A DNA stretch of 64,000 nt from Cyanidioschyzon merolae (taxonomy: Eukaryota), in assembly GCA_000091205.1 (NCBI GenBank), contig AP006494.2; one strand, given 5' to 3'. The translations under genes and the position numbers were made by a program. The notes below the pieces were generated by a model. It was not told the DNA's origin. It worked only from the letters and a program-made list of their open reading frames with translations, and ran no database searches. This document shows, in pieces, positions 54,085 through 64,000 of the stretch (positions are counted from its first letter, which is position 1; every line of letters starts with the position of its first letter).

Positions 54085-55911
54085 GTGGATTCGTGGCAGC
54101 CGCCAGCACGACGATCTCGAACCGCCAAAACCTGCCAACCTACGACGCTGTCGCACAAGAGACTGGGCACCTTCTCCAACTGCTGGATGGGAAACGTCGG
54201 GAGCTCTGCCAGGCAACGCAGGAGAACAGCCGCCGGTATTCTTGCTGGCAGCCACGAGTCCCAGGCTACTGTTTGTGGTTCGCTGTTCGCGGCTTGCCTC
54301 GGACTCGAGACACGTAGTTCGTTGGGCCACTCGCCTGGACAAGAATGCGGGGCCGGCTCCTCTACACCCAGATTTGCAGACGGCACAAAGATTGAGCGGC
54401 GTCTTGTTGGCAAGTTCACCTCGCCTACGGGCCTTTACTCTCGGGAGCTATGGGACGAGCGGAAGGTCCGGCGGCTGATCTTGCACAATCGCTTAGCACC
54501 ACGTTTCCCGGGTGCAGAGTTCCCTGTTCGAGTGGTCGTAGAAGACGGAGTCAAGCGCATCAATATGGAGGGTAAGGGTCTATGTCCTGAATATATTCAA
54601 CACGAAATGGTTAGTGCGCTGGAAGAGTGCCCGATATGCTTCTTGTACTACCCGTGCTTGAACACAACACTCTGCTGCCACAGGGGAATATGTACGGAAT
54701 GTTTCCTTCAGCTTCGCCCACAGCGAGTCGTTGCCCACACGACAACGTCGTCGTGTCCGTTCTGCAAGCACGAGCTGATGGAGATCGTTTTCCATGGTGC
54801 ACGATCGGAGAAGGAAATGGATCAGCTTTACGAAGAAGAGAGTCGCGTAAGAGAAGCAATGGAACAGGCACGGGCTCGCCAGGAAGCCGAAGCAGCGGAA
54901 CGGAGGCTGGAGCTCAGGAGAATGCGAGTAGAGCACTGTATATCAACGCTGCGGGCCGTTGTGGCTGCCGCAGTCCATGAACGATTCGCACAATGGCTCA
55001 ATTTCGGTGGCGATTCTTTGCATGAAGCGAGCCGTCCGCAATCAGACGCAGATTGGAGAGCGTCTCTTCCAGAACCACCGGAAGACTTGCAAGACTTTAT
55101 GAACATATCGACTGCGCGGAAAAAAATATGTACATCTTTGCGTCGAACAAAATCCAGCCCGGTTATAACGAGTCGGACGGGTATTTCGGATCATATAGAA
55201 CACTCCTATGAGCGCCATCTAGCACTTGCGCAAGCTCACGGATGGCGAGGAAAGGACCCCCTGCACAATCGGACTGGAACGTTCAAATCTGAACAGCCGC
55301 GAGGTGAACCTAATAGCGAGACCCAACCAGCTACATGCAACCATTCTGAACTGCAAATTCTTCCCCTGGAAACGGTACCGAACCAGTACACGAGTTCGCG
55401 ACGACCTTCGCTGTCTTCTCCAGGGGTCTACGCTTCCTCTTCTCTTAATACGGTACCTGATTCGTCTCGTGCCCAAGATTCCGACGTGCTTACGCAGCAG
55501 ATGAGGCGTTTCGCTCCGGATGCTTCACCTGGGCAAGTCGCGATCAGCACTGATCCAGAAAGATGGAACTACAAACGTCGAAGATCAGCACGTTGCGTGA
55601 GCGTCTCCTCGAGCGCGGAACTTCTTTTGACTGTGAATTTGATGTGCCACAATACCTCCGAATCCGGTGCAACAGGAAGGAATCGCAGAAATGAACAGAG
55701 CGATACGTGCGAGCTTCCCGCCAGTGCGTTTTTGCGTCGATGGACTGGATCCAGCCGAGACCTCTACTTTGCCTGGGAACAAGAGGAACTTGCTCTTCTG
55801 CATGATATGGAGGCCAGAGGGCTCTTGGACTGGGCCGAGGAAACTGACATTACTTATGAGGAGCTGCTGCTAATTGAAGCAATCCGTAGAAGTCTCCTGG
55901 GGAACACGTAA
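54085..55911 (+). CDS. RING-finger (C3HC4-type) E3 ubiquitin ligase-like protein with a coiled-coil and a long low-complexity C-terminal region
   Basis: The RING is 'CPICFLYYPCLNTTLCCHRGICTECFLQLRPQRVVAHTTTSSCPFCKHELMEI' (Cys/His spacing C-x2-C...C-x-H-x2-C-x2-C...C-x2-C). It is followed by a coiled-coil 'EEESRVREAMEQARARQEAEAAERRLELRRMRVE'. The start is uncertain; 54085 is the first ATG of the ORF. Confidence 0.7.
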   Translation: MDSWQPPARRSRTAKTCQPTTLSHKRLGTFSNCWMGNVGSSARQRRRTAAGILAGSHESQATVCGSLFAACLGLETRSSLGHSPGQECGAGSSTPRFADGTKIERRLVGKFTSPTGLYSRELWDERKVRRLILHNRLAPRFPGAEFPVRVVVEDGVKRINMEGKGLCPEYIQHEMVSALEECPICFLYYPCLNTTLCCHRGICTECFLQLRPQRVVAHTTTSSCPFCKHELMEIVFHGARSEKEMDQLYEEESRVREAMEQARARQEAEAAERRLELRRMRVEHCISTLRAVVAAAVHERFAQWLNFGGDSLHEASRPQSDADWRASLPEPPEDLQDFMNISTARKKICTSLRRTKSSPVITSRTGISDHIEHSYERHLALAQAHGWRGKDPLHNRTGTFKSEQPRGEPNSETQPATCNHSELQILPLETVPNQYTSSRRPSLSSPGVYASSSLNTVPDSSRAQDSDVLTQQMRRFAPDASPGQVAISTDPERWNYKRRRSARCVSVSSSAELLLTVNLMCHNTSESGATGRNRRNEQSDTCELPASAFLRRWTGSSRDLYFAWEQEELALLHDMEARGLLDWAEETDITYEELLLIEAIRRSLLGNT

Positions 55912-56605
55912 ACGCGAGACCAGGATGACCGAAGTGGCCGTCATCCGCTGCAGAATCTATGTACGCTTACCGACCGATTTGTGTGCAATACCCCAGTTAT
56001 CAGCGAATTTTGCCAGAATGCGTTTTGACAGAGCGAGAATCGCTCCATGTTCGCGAGCAGTCACTTTGTCAAGATCGCAAATGCCCGCACTCCTTAGAGT
56101 CGAGGCTCCCGTTTCTGATGCAGTCGCGAGAACGGCAGAACTATGGGTTGTTTGGATTCCACGCAACAAAGATCACGAACACAAATGACTTTCCAATACT
56201 TTTAGCAGGATAAAGGTCGATTATAGGCCTCTAATACGTTGTCAGTTGCTGGACACCTTGTTGATCATGCACCAGCTCAAGCACGTTGGACAGACTCGTC
56301 GAACCAGTTTGCGCGCTACGCTGACTAGCCTCGAAACTGGGAAGTGTGCAGATAAATGTTGCATCATTTCACACATATGTCTAACACAGCAGCTCTTTTG
56401 TCAGCTTGTGCACCTCATGAATATATTCAAGCATACATGTCAGATGGCGTTTGAGAAACGGGTCCGATCGGCGAAGACGAGGGCCCGCATGCACGCAACC
56501 TGCATGGATTGTCGGCGGCCTCGCAGCGCGTCATGGAGGCGAATACTGTGCTTGTTTACCTCTGATAACGACTGGTCGTGTTGGGATATACATGGGCAAA
56601 AAGGA

Positions 56606-57968
56606 AGAAACTCTGCGTGGTGCTCCCACATCGGATTAAGGTGGAACGATGTATTTCGCATCCTGGTCCAGCCTTTCGATTCCCTCCGAACTTTCTTTCT
56701 CGGTGTACTGCCTCGGTATCCAAATTGCACCATCAAGCGATTACGGATTCTTATGTAACTTTTGGATTCGCTGTCACCCTTTTTCGGAACTGTCTCTTCG
56801 ATACGTTGCCGCCGGAGTTCATTACGTCACCGGTATCAAGTTGCTCCATGACACACACGAGGAGAAGTTCGTACACTTCTCCACAGCATTACCTACTTCT
56901 CAGGCACAGGAATCCATTCTTCCGTTTTCCTTGCAAACGGCAAGCTCAAATCACGCTTTCCTCAAGTTTTCGGTGTTTCTGTCTCGGAATATCTCGCAGG
57001 TGCAGCAATCGGTGCCGCAAGACTGACGGGGGCAAGAAATCGATGTCGACCCTTGACGACTTGTTCAATAGCTGAGGCCGGAAGTGCACTGAACTACTCA
57101 CGCCGAAGAGTCGATTCCGTTCGAAAGGAAAATCTCCCTCTCTTTGTGGACATCCTCGAAGCGGCACTCGGCAGCAGCATGACGTGGCTCAATGGAACTG
57201 CACCCCAGGGCTCTTGTGTATTCTGGTTCCATGCCAAAGGGTCTTGGACTCGGACGATGGTCATTGCAGCGATCGCTTCTTCAAGAACGCGCATCACGGA
57301 TTCGCAGGAAGAGAGCGAAGACGAATCGTCCTTGCTCGAATTGATCTCCTGTCTGACTATTCCTCCCGGTTCTTTTTCACCATAGACAACATCGCTTTCC
57401 ACGAATCCCGTATCAAACGGGACGGGCGGACCTGCCATGCCGCGGACAGAGAACTCGCCGATGGCACCTCCTTGAACAGGCTCGTAAGTCTTGGGTACTG
57501 CAGTCGGCGCGAAAACGGCGCTCGATATCGAGGTGACCATGCTGCTCCCGTGATGGGCATTGACTGAGCGCTGAATCAAGAGCTCATATGCGACAGGGCG
57601 GCGCTCGGAAGCTGACGTGTGGAGGAGAGATCGGAGCACCTGCGCACCGTCAAGCGTGATCGCTGCAAATGGCGCTCGTGGGCTCAGTGCAAAGAATGTG
57701 ACAACGGCAAGTGAGGCACTGATCGCGGTCTCCGCATGAACATGAAAAGCGTTCACTTAAGCTGGAAGTAGCGAAATCGAGGCAATAGCGCTGCAATCAA
57801 TTTTCCTCCGCTGTTTAGAAGGAGCTGGAGGAAATAGAGAGACCTGCGTATTTCACGCCCAAACCAAGAGAGGCGAAAAGGAAGCATTAGCAGAGAGAGC
57901 TCGCCAGGCAGGTGTTGATGGCATTGGAAAGAGACTCAAACTTTAGAGGGTGCGCCTGACATAGGTGA
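56606..57968 (+). repeat. Dispersed repeat family R4, copy b; retains a 220-aa minus-strand ORF of unknown meaning
   Basis: See R4 copy a. ORF 57094-57756(-) is intact here but split in copy a. The copy ends with the shared 3' module '...caggcaggtgttgatggcattggaaagagactcaaactttagagggtgcgcc'. Confidence 0.85.
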
Positions 57969-60900
57969 GTTCGTCAGTTCCACTTCATTCCAACACACGT
58001 GTACCGATGTTTTGCTCAGAGCAGTTTTTTAGAACATGCATACCAGTAAACGTTCTTTATTATTGTTTTTCCTCGGAGGCAACCGATGAAAAGAATGTAC
58101 TCTCTAGATTGGAGGGCGCTCGCTCGAAGAATTTGTACCACCACGCAGGCTACTAGTGGACGACCTCACTTATACAAGCTAGTCACTCTGTGTTCAGCAT
58201 GTGCACAAAACATGTTATTCGCAGTCCTTATCCTATAAGATGTGCACCCAAGATAGAGCTCAGCAAGCTCCTTATATATGGCCTCCTACAGATCAATCTA
58301 GTCCATTCTACATGTTCTCTAAGAATATTGGTAGAGTAGCCAAAGGATATGAAATTTGAACACTACTGGTACTAAGGATGATTAAGAGATACGGATGCGT
58401 AAAGAGACAGGATCGCTTTTCAGGAACATCTTCTCGCGTTTAATATCTTTGTACTGGTGTCATTCTGAAACGATAATGTTTATTGCAGCAGACTCTGTTG
58501 CTCGACTCATTGACGAATACTTTGTTCGGGAGAGTCAGTAGAAATGTGAATTGGTAATCCTGAGGGCAACCCGCCTTTAATTATGAAGAGACAATCGATT
58601 AAGGTGACATCATCAGTCGAAATGGCGATTCAGTTGTGTAGTCGCGAAAAAAAAAGCTCGTAATTGTTATGATCGACCAACTCATCCTCCTTTTTCGAAG
58701 CACATGTCATGGGTTCTCCATTCCAGATTGTTCTCCCACATTCTTAGGTAATATCCCTGTCTATAACTTACCACCGGCCAAGAAGTAAGCAGCCACTATT
58801 GGTGTTAAGCTGCTCCTTGTGCCAGCCTATTTTTCTATTTTCAGTCTGGCCGTTGGTGCCTTCTTAGTTGTCGCGTGCTAATACATCGCCCATGATTGAA
58901 TGCACAAGTCTAACTCATCCGTGACAGTTCGCTTCGACGAATCGTTCTTCGAGAGGTTAGTCTCTGCCTAAACCAGCCATGAGCTTCCGGGTTGCTTCTC
59001 TGCTCCTGAGCGGGACTGAGCGAAAGGTGCGCTCTGGTAGTTAGGCCCGCTCGCGATGCAAAAAGTGTCGAAATCTTACGTCAAGACTTGGAGATGTAAA
59101 TATGGAAAAGGCGAGTTTCGATCCCACTGTCTGCTCAGTTCTTCTGAATCCCAGAGCAAAACAAACAGATACTGGGCGAAGCGACCAAAACCATGCCACA
59201 CCGCAAAATAAATTGGAACGCTAAGAAAGAGTTGGTCCCTGAGAGCAATTATGAAGCATCCATTCAACTACTCGAAGAGCAGCGGCGGAGCTCCTTCATG
59301 GTTTCTCCGTTGCACCGAGGAGATGGAAAGCGAATTACAGGCACAGAGAAGACCGACGAAAACGTAGTCTGCATTCACTTCATGGAACCGAGGTCTGAGT
59401 CGAGTAATGAGACTCAGCTGCAACCGTTCAAGGCAGACGAAGAGAAACACTCCAAGGTGAGCGTGGATTCCGAGTTGAAGGGCGTCATGGCCGTCGCCGT
59501 GCCTCAAAATAAAGAGGACGGGACCAAAGACCGTACCGGAATGCAGATGACGCTACTTCATTTCCCAGGGCTCGGTACGATCGACATTCGGGAATCATTC
59601 ACTCCAGAATGGAGAGCGGTGGGTTAAATGATGGCGTCGGGAATGATCTCGACGCTCTGAGCATTGTATGGAGGAGAAGAGGGTGCTTAGCGCAGTTCAT
59701 TCCGAGCGTGGATGAGCGGTCAATATACCATGCGGGTGCGTCTTGACAGGAAAAAAATGAGACCAAGCTGGTGACGCCTACGCGTTCAGATGTACCGAGG
59801 CCAGAACGGTATATTCGTCTCCCAGTGCAGTCAGCTGGAGAAGGAAATGATCGATAAGTCGCGTCGACTCGTACAAGCCTATACCGCTAGATATGCAGTA
59901 CCGCGCTTGGACTGCACTCCTGCTACTTCAGAGGGAGCGTAGAGCGAGTGCCTAAATCGATTTTGTACGCTTCTCGTCGACAGGTTCAGGACGAGCTACA
60001 CGGATCCTGAGCATGTGTGCTCGATGACACAGATAGAATTGCACAGCGTGAATCAGAGATGGTTCCATTATATGTCGCATGGTAGGTCGAACAAATGTAA
60101 GACGAAGAGCAAATAAAAGGTCGGAGGCATTCGCTGCTGTAGTTCCACCAGCAGCAATGCGCTCAAGCGCGTTTTGCGCAGAGACATCAACGACTCGATC
60201 ACGATCCGAAAATGTTTCGTGCTTCTGGAGCGTCCAGTAGCTTTATGTTGAGCGAACTGCCGATGGAATCTTCTAGTGCTCGGTGCGGACACTGAGCAGG
60301 GACGTTGTAGACTAGCGATGGGAAAGTGTATGGCCAAGAGAGAGCATTCGATTCTCGACTCGACGAAGGCACTAGTGTGGTACGGGTCAGCAATCCGGCA
60401 TGGCTCGAGCGCCTTATACACATACATCAGGAGCCCTTTTCATGGGCAATTGGCGATTGATAATGGCGCACCGTAATCCGATAGTGCAGAGTATTCGAAT
60501 GCCGCCAGGAAATGGAGTTTCGATCAAAGCCCCCGCCTATGTTGTTATGGATCTGGACGTCAAGCAGAAACCTTATGAGCTTGCTGACCGTCAGTATTGA
60601 ATCGCCCGCTACCAAGCTGCTTAACTAGAGAGCGTATCCATCGGCGGAACCTAGTGCCTTCTTTTTCAGCGTACGAACAGATCTACGTTGCTTTCTACAT
60701 TGCTTCGGCTACCCGCGGAGCGCAAAAGCGCTTGAGCCCATATGCAGCGCTCCAGGATTTCAGCGGGTGAAAACGCCGCGTTCGTTAGGTACCGAAATAA
60801 AATCTAGTGGCTGAAGTTTCCTCTTCCGTGCGTAACCTCTTCGACCGCAAAACTCAAAAACTCCTTCATTGAAGGCAGGCTACCGCATCCAGCTTGTTCA
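57969..60900. other. ~3-kb island of markedly lower GC content with no long ORFs; compositionally distinct from the rest of the window
   Basis: Visibly A/T-rich. Examples: 'ttttagaacatgcataccagtaaacgttctttattattgtttttcc' and 'ttaatatctttgtactggtgtcattctgaaacgataatgtttattgc'. It begins immediately after R4 copy b. The longest ORF is 144 aa (59193-59627) with no recognisable similarity. Confidence 0.6.
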
Positions 60901-61020
60901 CGTTTTTCGTTCTCGTGCGATCAATGGAAGTTCAAAATATCTCATCGTTGAAAAAGCTTGTCGTGCGCGTAGCGCTAATGACTTTTTCATTACTGCCGAG
61001 GAGCGCTCGAGTCCGGTAGC

Positions 61021-62019
61021 TCAAACTTCACGTCCGACAATACTTGCTAAGCGCTCGGCCCAGTTGCTACCGGCCATGTGGGTTACAATCTGTAGCGCAT
61101 TCTGCAGCTTCTCCGTTTCACCCAAACCACCGAGAACAGCACACACGGAGCTAAACTTTTTCAGTAAAAATGCAAGCGCTTTCTTCTCCGAAAAATAGTA
61201 CAATTTAGGTAGTCGTTTGCCGTCGCTATCCTCGCGTTGATTCGTCGCCCCATTGTCGAGGAGCAGCCGCGCGACGACGTCTTCGTGTAGATATTCGAAG
61301 AGCCAGCTCGAATGCTGTAGCGCGTCGACAAATTGAGACCAGGGCTGAGGCGTATCCTCACTAAAGAAGTCCTCTATCGAAGAAAACAGTAACAGGACCG
61401 GATCTTGTGGAACCAAGAGTTGTAAGGAGCCATCTAGAACGGTATACCCAGCGGCAGCGTTGAGTCCGGCCTTGCCATCAAGAGCATTCGAGGACTCTAT
61501 TCGCTCTGCCTGACGACTGCAAACAAGCAACCAGCTGCCTTTCCCCAGCTCAGCTCGATAAAGTCCGAAAAGCCTCCACGGCTTGTCGACTTTATCGTCT
61601 AGCCGAACCTCCCACAGACATACTCGGAATCGCGCTCCTTGTGCAGCTTTCCGTGCTGACGGCAACTGGAGGCAGCGCTCACGAACGATCAAGTTTTGTC
61701 CTTCCAACTCTTTGGGCGTCAGGTATACGCCATATGCCTGGCAGTTCATGAAACAGCCAACAACTCTTGGTGGGTTATCATGCCAGCACACAACAATCCT
61801 ACAGAGTAGTGCCACAGATTCGCTGCTCCGTGGGACAGCTACTACTGAGCGGCATTCAATTCGAGACAAAAATGCCCCTGGAATGATGCGGTGAAGGACG
61901 TGCGGCGCAGACATGTCCCGCCACCGCCCGCGGACGGCGGTCGATGCAGTCGAAGCGCCACATCGTTCAAGATTCGCAGAGTGCGGCTTCCTCAAGAGCG
62001 AAAGCGCTTCGCTGTTCAA
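61021..62019 (-). CDS. RNASEH2B: RNase H2 non-catalytic subunit B-like protein
   Basis: 'LQLLVPQDPVLLLFSSI' resembles human RNASEH2B 'LHFATPVDPLFLLLHYL'. 'LPKLYYFSEKKALAFLLKKFSSVCAVL' resembles '[26 protein letters not shown]'. The length (332 aa) also fits. This is from memory and not verified. Confidence 0.45.
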   Translation of the reverse strand: MNSEALSLLRKPHSANLERCGASTASTAVRGRWRDMSAPHVLHRIIPGAFLSRIECRSVVAVPRSSESVALLCRIVVCWHDNPPRVVGCFMNCQAYGVYLTPKELEGQNLIVRERCLQLPSARKAAQGARFRVCLWEVRLDDKVDKPWRLFGLYRAELGKGSWLLVCSRQAERIESSNALDGKAGLNAAAGYTVLDGSLQLLVPQDPVLLLFSSIEDFFSEDTPQPWSQFVDALQHSSWLFEYLHEDVVARLLLDNGATNQREDSDGKRLPKLYYFSEKKALAFLLKKFSSVCAVLGGLGETEKLQNALQIVTHMAGSNWAERLASIVGREV

Positions 62020-62054
62020 GTTTGGCCTTGCTCCAGCCGAATACTTTCTTCTAC

Positions 62055-62885
62055 ATGGTTCAAGAAGAATACTATTCGGTTGCTAGAGCGTTGCGCTCCG
62101 TACTCGCGAGCGGCACGCTTGACGGAGCGCGCGACTTTCGTTTTCGCTATGGCGAGAGCGCGCTCAGCGTTTGGTACGTGCCGATCCTGACTTGCGTTCT
62201 ATACTATGTTTTTCAGAGAGGAATACAACAATATATGAAAGAAAGGACTGCTCCAAAGCTGAAACAGCTTTTGTTTGTCTATAATATGACGATGAGTTTC
62301 GGCTCGGCTGCTCTTTTTGCGGCTCTTACCAAACTGCTGTGGTCTCGTTGGCAGTCGCTCTCCTTCCACGATATGATATGCTCGAAGCAGATGCACGAGG
62401 ACGGTAGAGTGCAGCTTCTGTACTGGATGAACTACTTCTTTAAGTATATTGAGCTAGCTGATACGCTTTTTCTCGCAATTAGAAAGCGCAAAATAATATT
62501 CCTGCACTCGTACCATCATGCTGCGACGCTGGTGCTGTGCTGGTCTCAGCTAGTGGAGCACTCCGCTGTTCAGTGGGTCGTCATTGATCTGAATTTATTT
62601 GTGCACATCATCATGTACTACTACTATGCGGTATCTGCGCTTGGAATCAAGCCCTGGTGGCGACGTTATCTGACCAAACTGCAAATATCTCAGTTCGTGA
62701 TCGACTTGACTGCCTGCGGCTACGCATACGGCTACTATGTGGTCTACGGTTGGGGGTCCTGTTACGGAACCGTCACGGGGGCTTACATGGGGATCGGAAT
62801 TCTCTTTTCGTATCTCCTGCTTTTCATCAAATTCTATATTGAGACATACAAAGGATCGAAGTCAGCCACGAAACTGAAGGTTTGA
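62055..62885 (+). CDS. ELO: ELO-family fatty-acid elongase (3-ketoacyl-CoA synthase of the ELOVL type)
   Basis: Histidine box 'FLHSYHHAATLVLCWSQL' (HxxHH). 'MYYYYAVSALG' and 'KLQISQFVIDL' lie in typical ELO helices. 7 predicted TM segments. The ORF opens at 61944, but the Met at 62055 avoids overlap with the divergent RNase H2B-like gene and gives a typical 276-aa ELO. Confidence 0.85.
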   Translation: MVQEEYYSVARALRSVLASGTLDGARDFRFRYGESALSVWYVPILTCVLYYVFQRGIQQYMKERTAPKLKQLLFVYNMTMSFGSAALFAALTKLLWSRWQSLSFHDMICSKQMHEDGRVQLLYWMNYFFKYIELADTLFLAIRKRKIIFLHSYHHAATLVLCWSQLVEHSAVQWVVIDLNLFVHIIMYYYYAVSALGIKPWWRRYLTKLQISQFVIDLTACGYAYGYYVVYGWGSCYGTVTGAYMGIGILFSYLLLFIKFYIETYKGSKSATKLKV

Positions 62886-63422
62886 GATGATCGCGTTGCG
62901 ATAGGCTGAGGTGCTCGTTCAAGAGCTACGGCCCGAGACCCCGTGCCCCGCGAACGAATGCTCTCTCGTAGAGTTCTCATGAGAACCGCGGCTGAACTTT
63001 GAGCAATAGTAGCCTAGGCTGTCACCAAAGAAACAATAAACATCGGTAGTTTTCGAATCGTACCCACATACAGCACCTACGTGGCCCAATATGAGAAGTC
63101 GGCGCTGCTGTAGACGCTATCACCGAATACCTGGCTATGAGCCAGTCTAGCAAATCTCACTGTCTGCAACGCAGGCGGCCTGCGCTTTCGTCTTCCCTGA
63201 TTGCAGACGGCTCTCGCGCATTCAGGGTTGGTTTGCTTGAAATTGTAGATCTAAGCCCTAGAATATGTTCTTTTACCGCATGCGCGTATGAAGTGGAGTG
63301 GTCCATCTAGACCGTTCTGGATGCGTGCCGTTCGCCTTCGAACAGGGATCAGTAGGCACGCTCGCTCAGATGCGAAAACGTTTACGCTAGTTCGAAAAGA
63401 AGAAGCAGTCTACACCACGTCA

Positions 63423-64000
63423 GAATGACATACACCTGGCCCTCTAACTCAGACGCACGCTCTAAAATTTTGGCCTCTTCCGACTGGCATCAACACCAGC
63501 CTTTGTGGGATTTTTCCGCGACTGCATCATTCTCCTATATCTTACCTCCAGCATTTGAAGCGCCGGTCCCTCATATGCTGCCAGCCTCACTTTCAGCAGT
63601 CGAAGGATGCATGTGGCCGCGCTCACGTCCCAATCCCGCTCCTTCCGGGTGGTGTCAACACATCGCGTGCACCGGCGCTATTCGCGATCGACGCTTCGCT
63701 TGGCTCTTTCATCTTCTTCGTGCCTATCCACGCTGCGCCTTGCGCATCGATGACAATTCGCTGTGGCCTCGTGTTCATATAGCTCCATCTCAAATTGTTC
63801 TCCGAGGCCTGCCATGCGTCACGTGAACGCTCGCACCAGCGCTCGGCACGCGCCCTCGGAGAGCAAAGGACGCCCTCCGCAGTGCCCGTCACCGTTTCCG
63901 CGCCCGGTGCGGTCCGAAAAAGATCACGGGCGTCTTCTGAGCGATAACTCGTCGAAGGCGCTGTCCGCTGCACTATGAAGAGGGCGCCTATCCGTTCGAT
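63423..64000 (-). mobile_element. R5 copy c in inverted orientation, truncated by the window end
   Basis: The reverse complement of 63425-63500 is 'ggtgttgatgccagtcggaagaggccaaaattttagagcgtgcgtctgagttagagggccaggtgtatgtcat', which matches the 3' module of copy a. ORF 63623-63973(-) is ~97% identical to the R5 ORFs. Confidence 0.8.

Noticed and set aside
1-64000. Possibility that the window is prokaryotic, given the prompt context of novel 'systems', the intron-less ORFs and the bacterial-type GuaA and ClpP.
   Set aside because: The window contains hallmark eukaryotic proteins: ESCRT-III Snf7, TBC Rab-GAP, ELO elongase, RING E3, Eaf6, MIP18, WD40 GNB1L-like, RNase H2B. It also has long organelle-presequence-like N-termini, kb-scale intergenic spacers and eukaryote-style dispersed repeats.

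Overview
The window is a GC-rich (~55%), apparently intron-less eukaryotic nuclear region. Conserved proteins (GMP synthase, BCKDH E1-beta, MutS2, ClpP, ELO elongase, TBC Rab-GAP, Vps60/CHMP5, Eaf6, MIP18/CIA2, WD40, RING E3) all read as single uninterrupted ORFs on both strands. Several carry N-terminal extensions typical of organelle-targeted proteins. That suggests an intron-poor alga or plastid-bearing protist; I cannot name the species from sequence alone. About 20 supportable genes are interspersed with an unusually dense web of dispersed repeats. I resolved five repeat families by reading the sequence (R1 to R5; copy coordinates are in the features). The most notable observation is that R3, R5, R1 and a 2-kb element at ~13475-15490 appear to be pieces of one transposon superfamily. 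R3-type copies and R1 encode an N-terminal motif resembling IS200/IS605 TnpB/OrfB, 'RRYAVLKTRPAELTRANFAG'. The 2-kb element also carries, in frame after one stop codon, a degraded Zn-finger plus the RuvC-III signature 'RDCNAAINIIRL'. This is the hallmark of TnpB and its eukaryotic Fanzor relatives, RNA-guided nucleases. R4, R5 and the 2-kb element share a conserved ~80-nt 3'-terminal module; I propose it is the right end / omega-RNA scaffold region of the family. Three near-identical R5 copies (two directly flank the TBC gene, one inverted at the window edge) suggest recent mobilisation in trans. All repeat and homology statements come from reading the sequence; no database search was possible.
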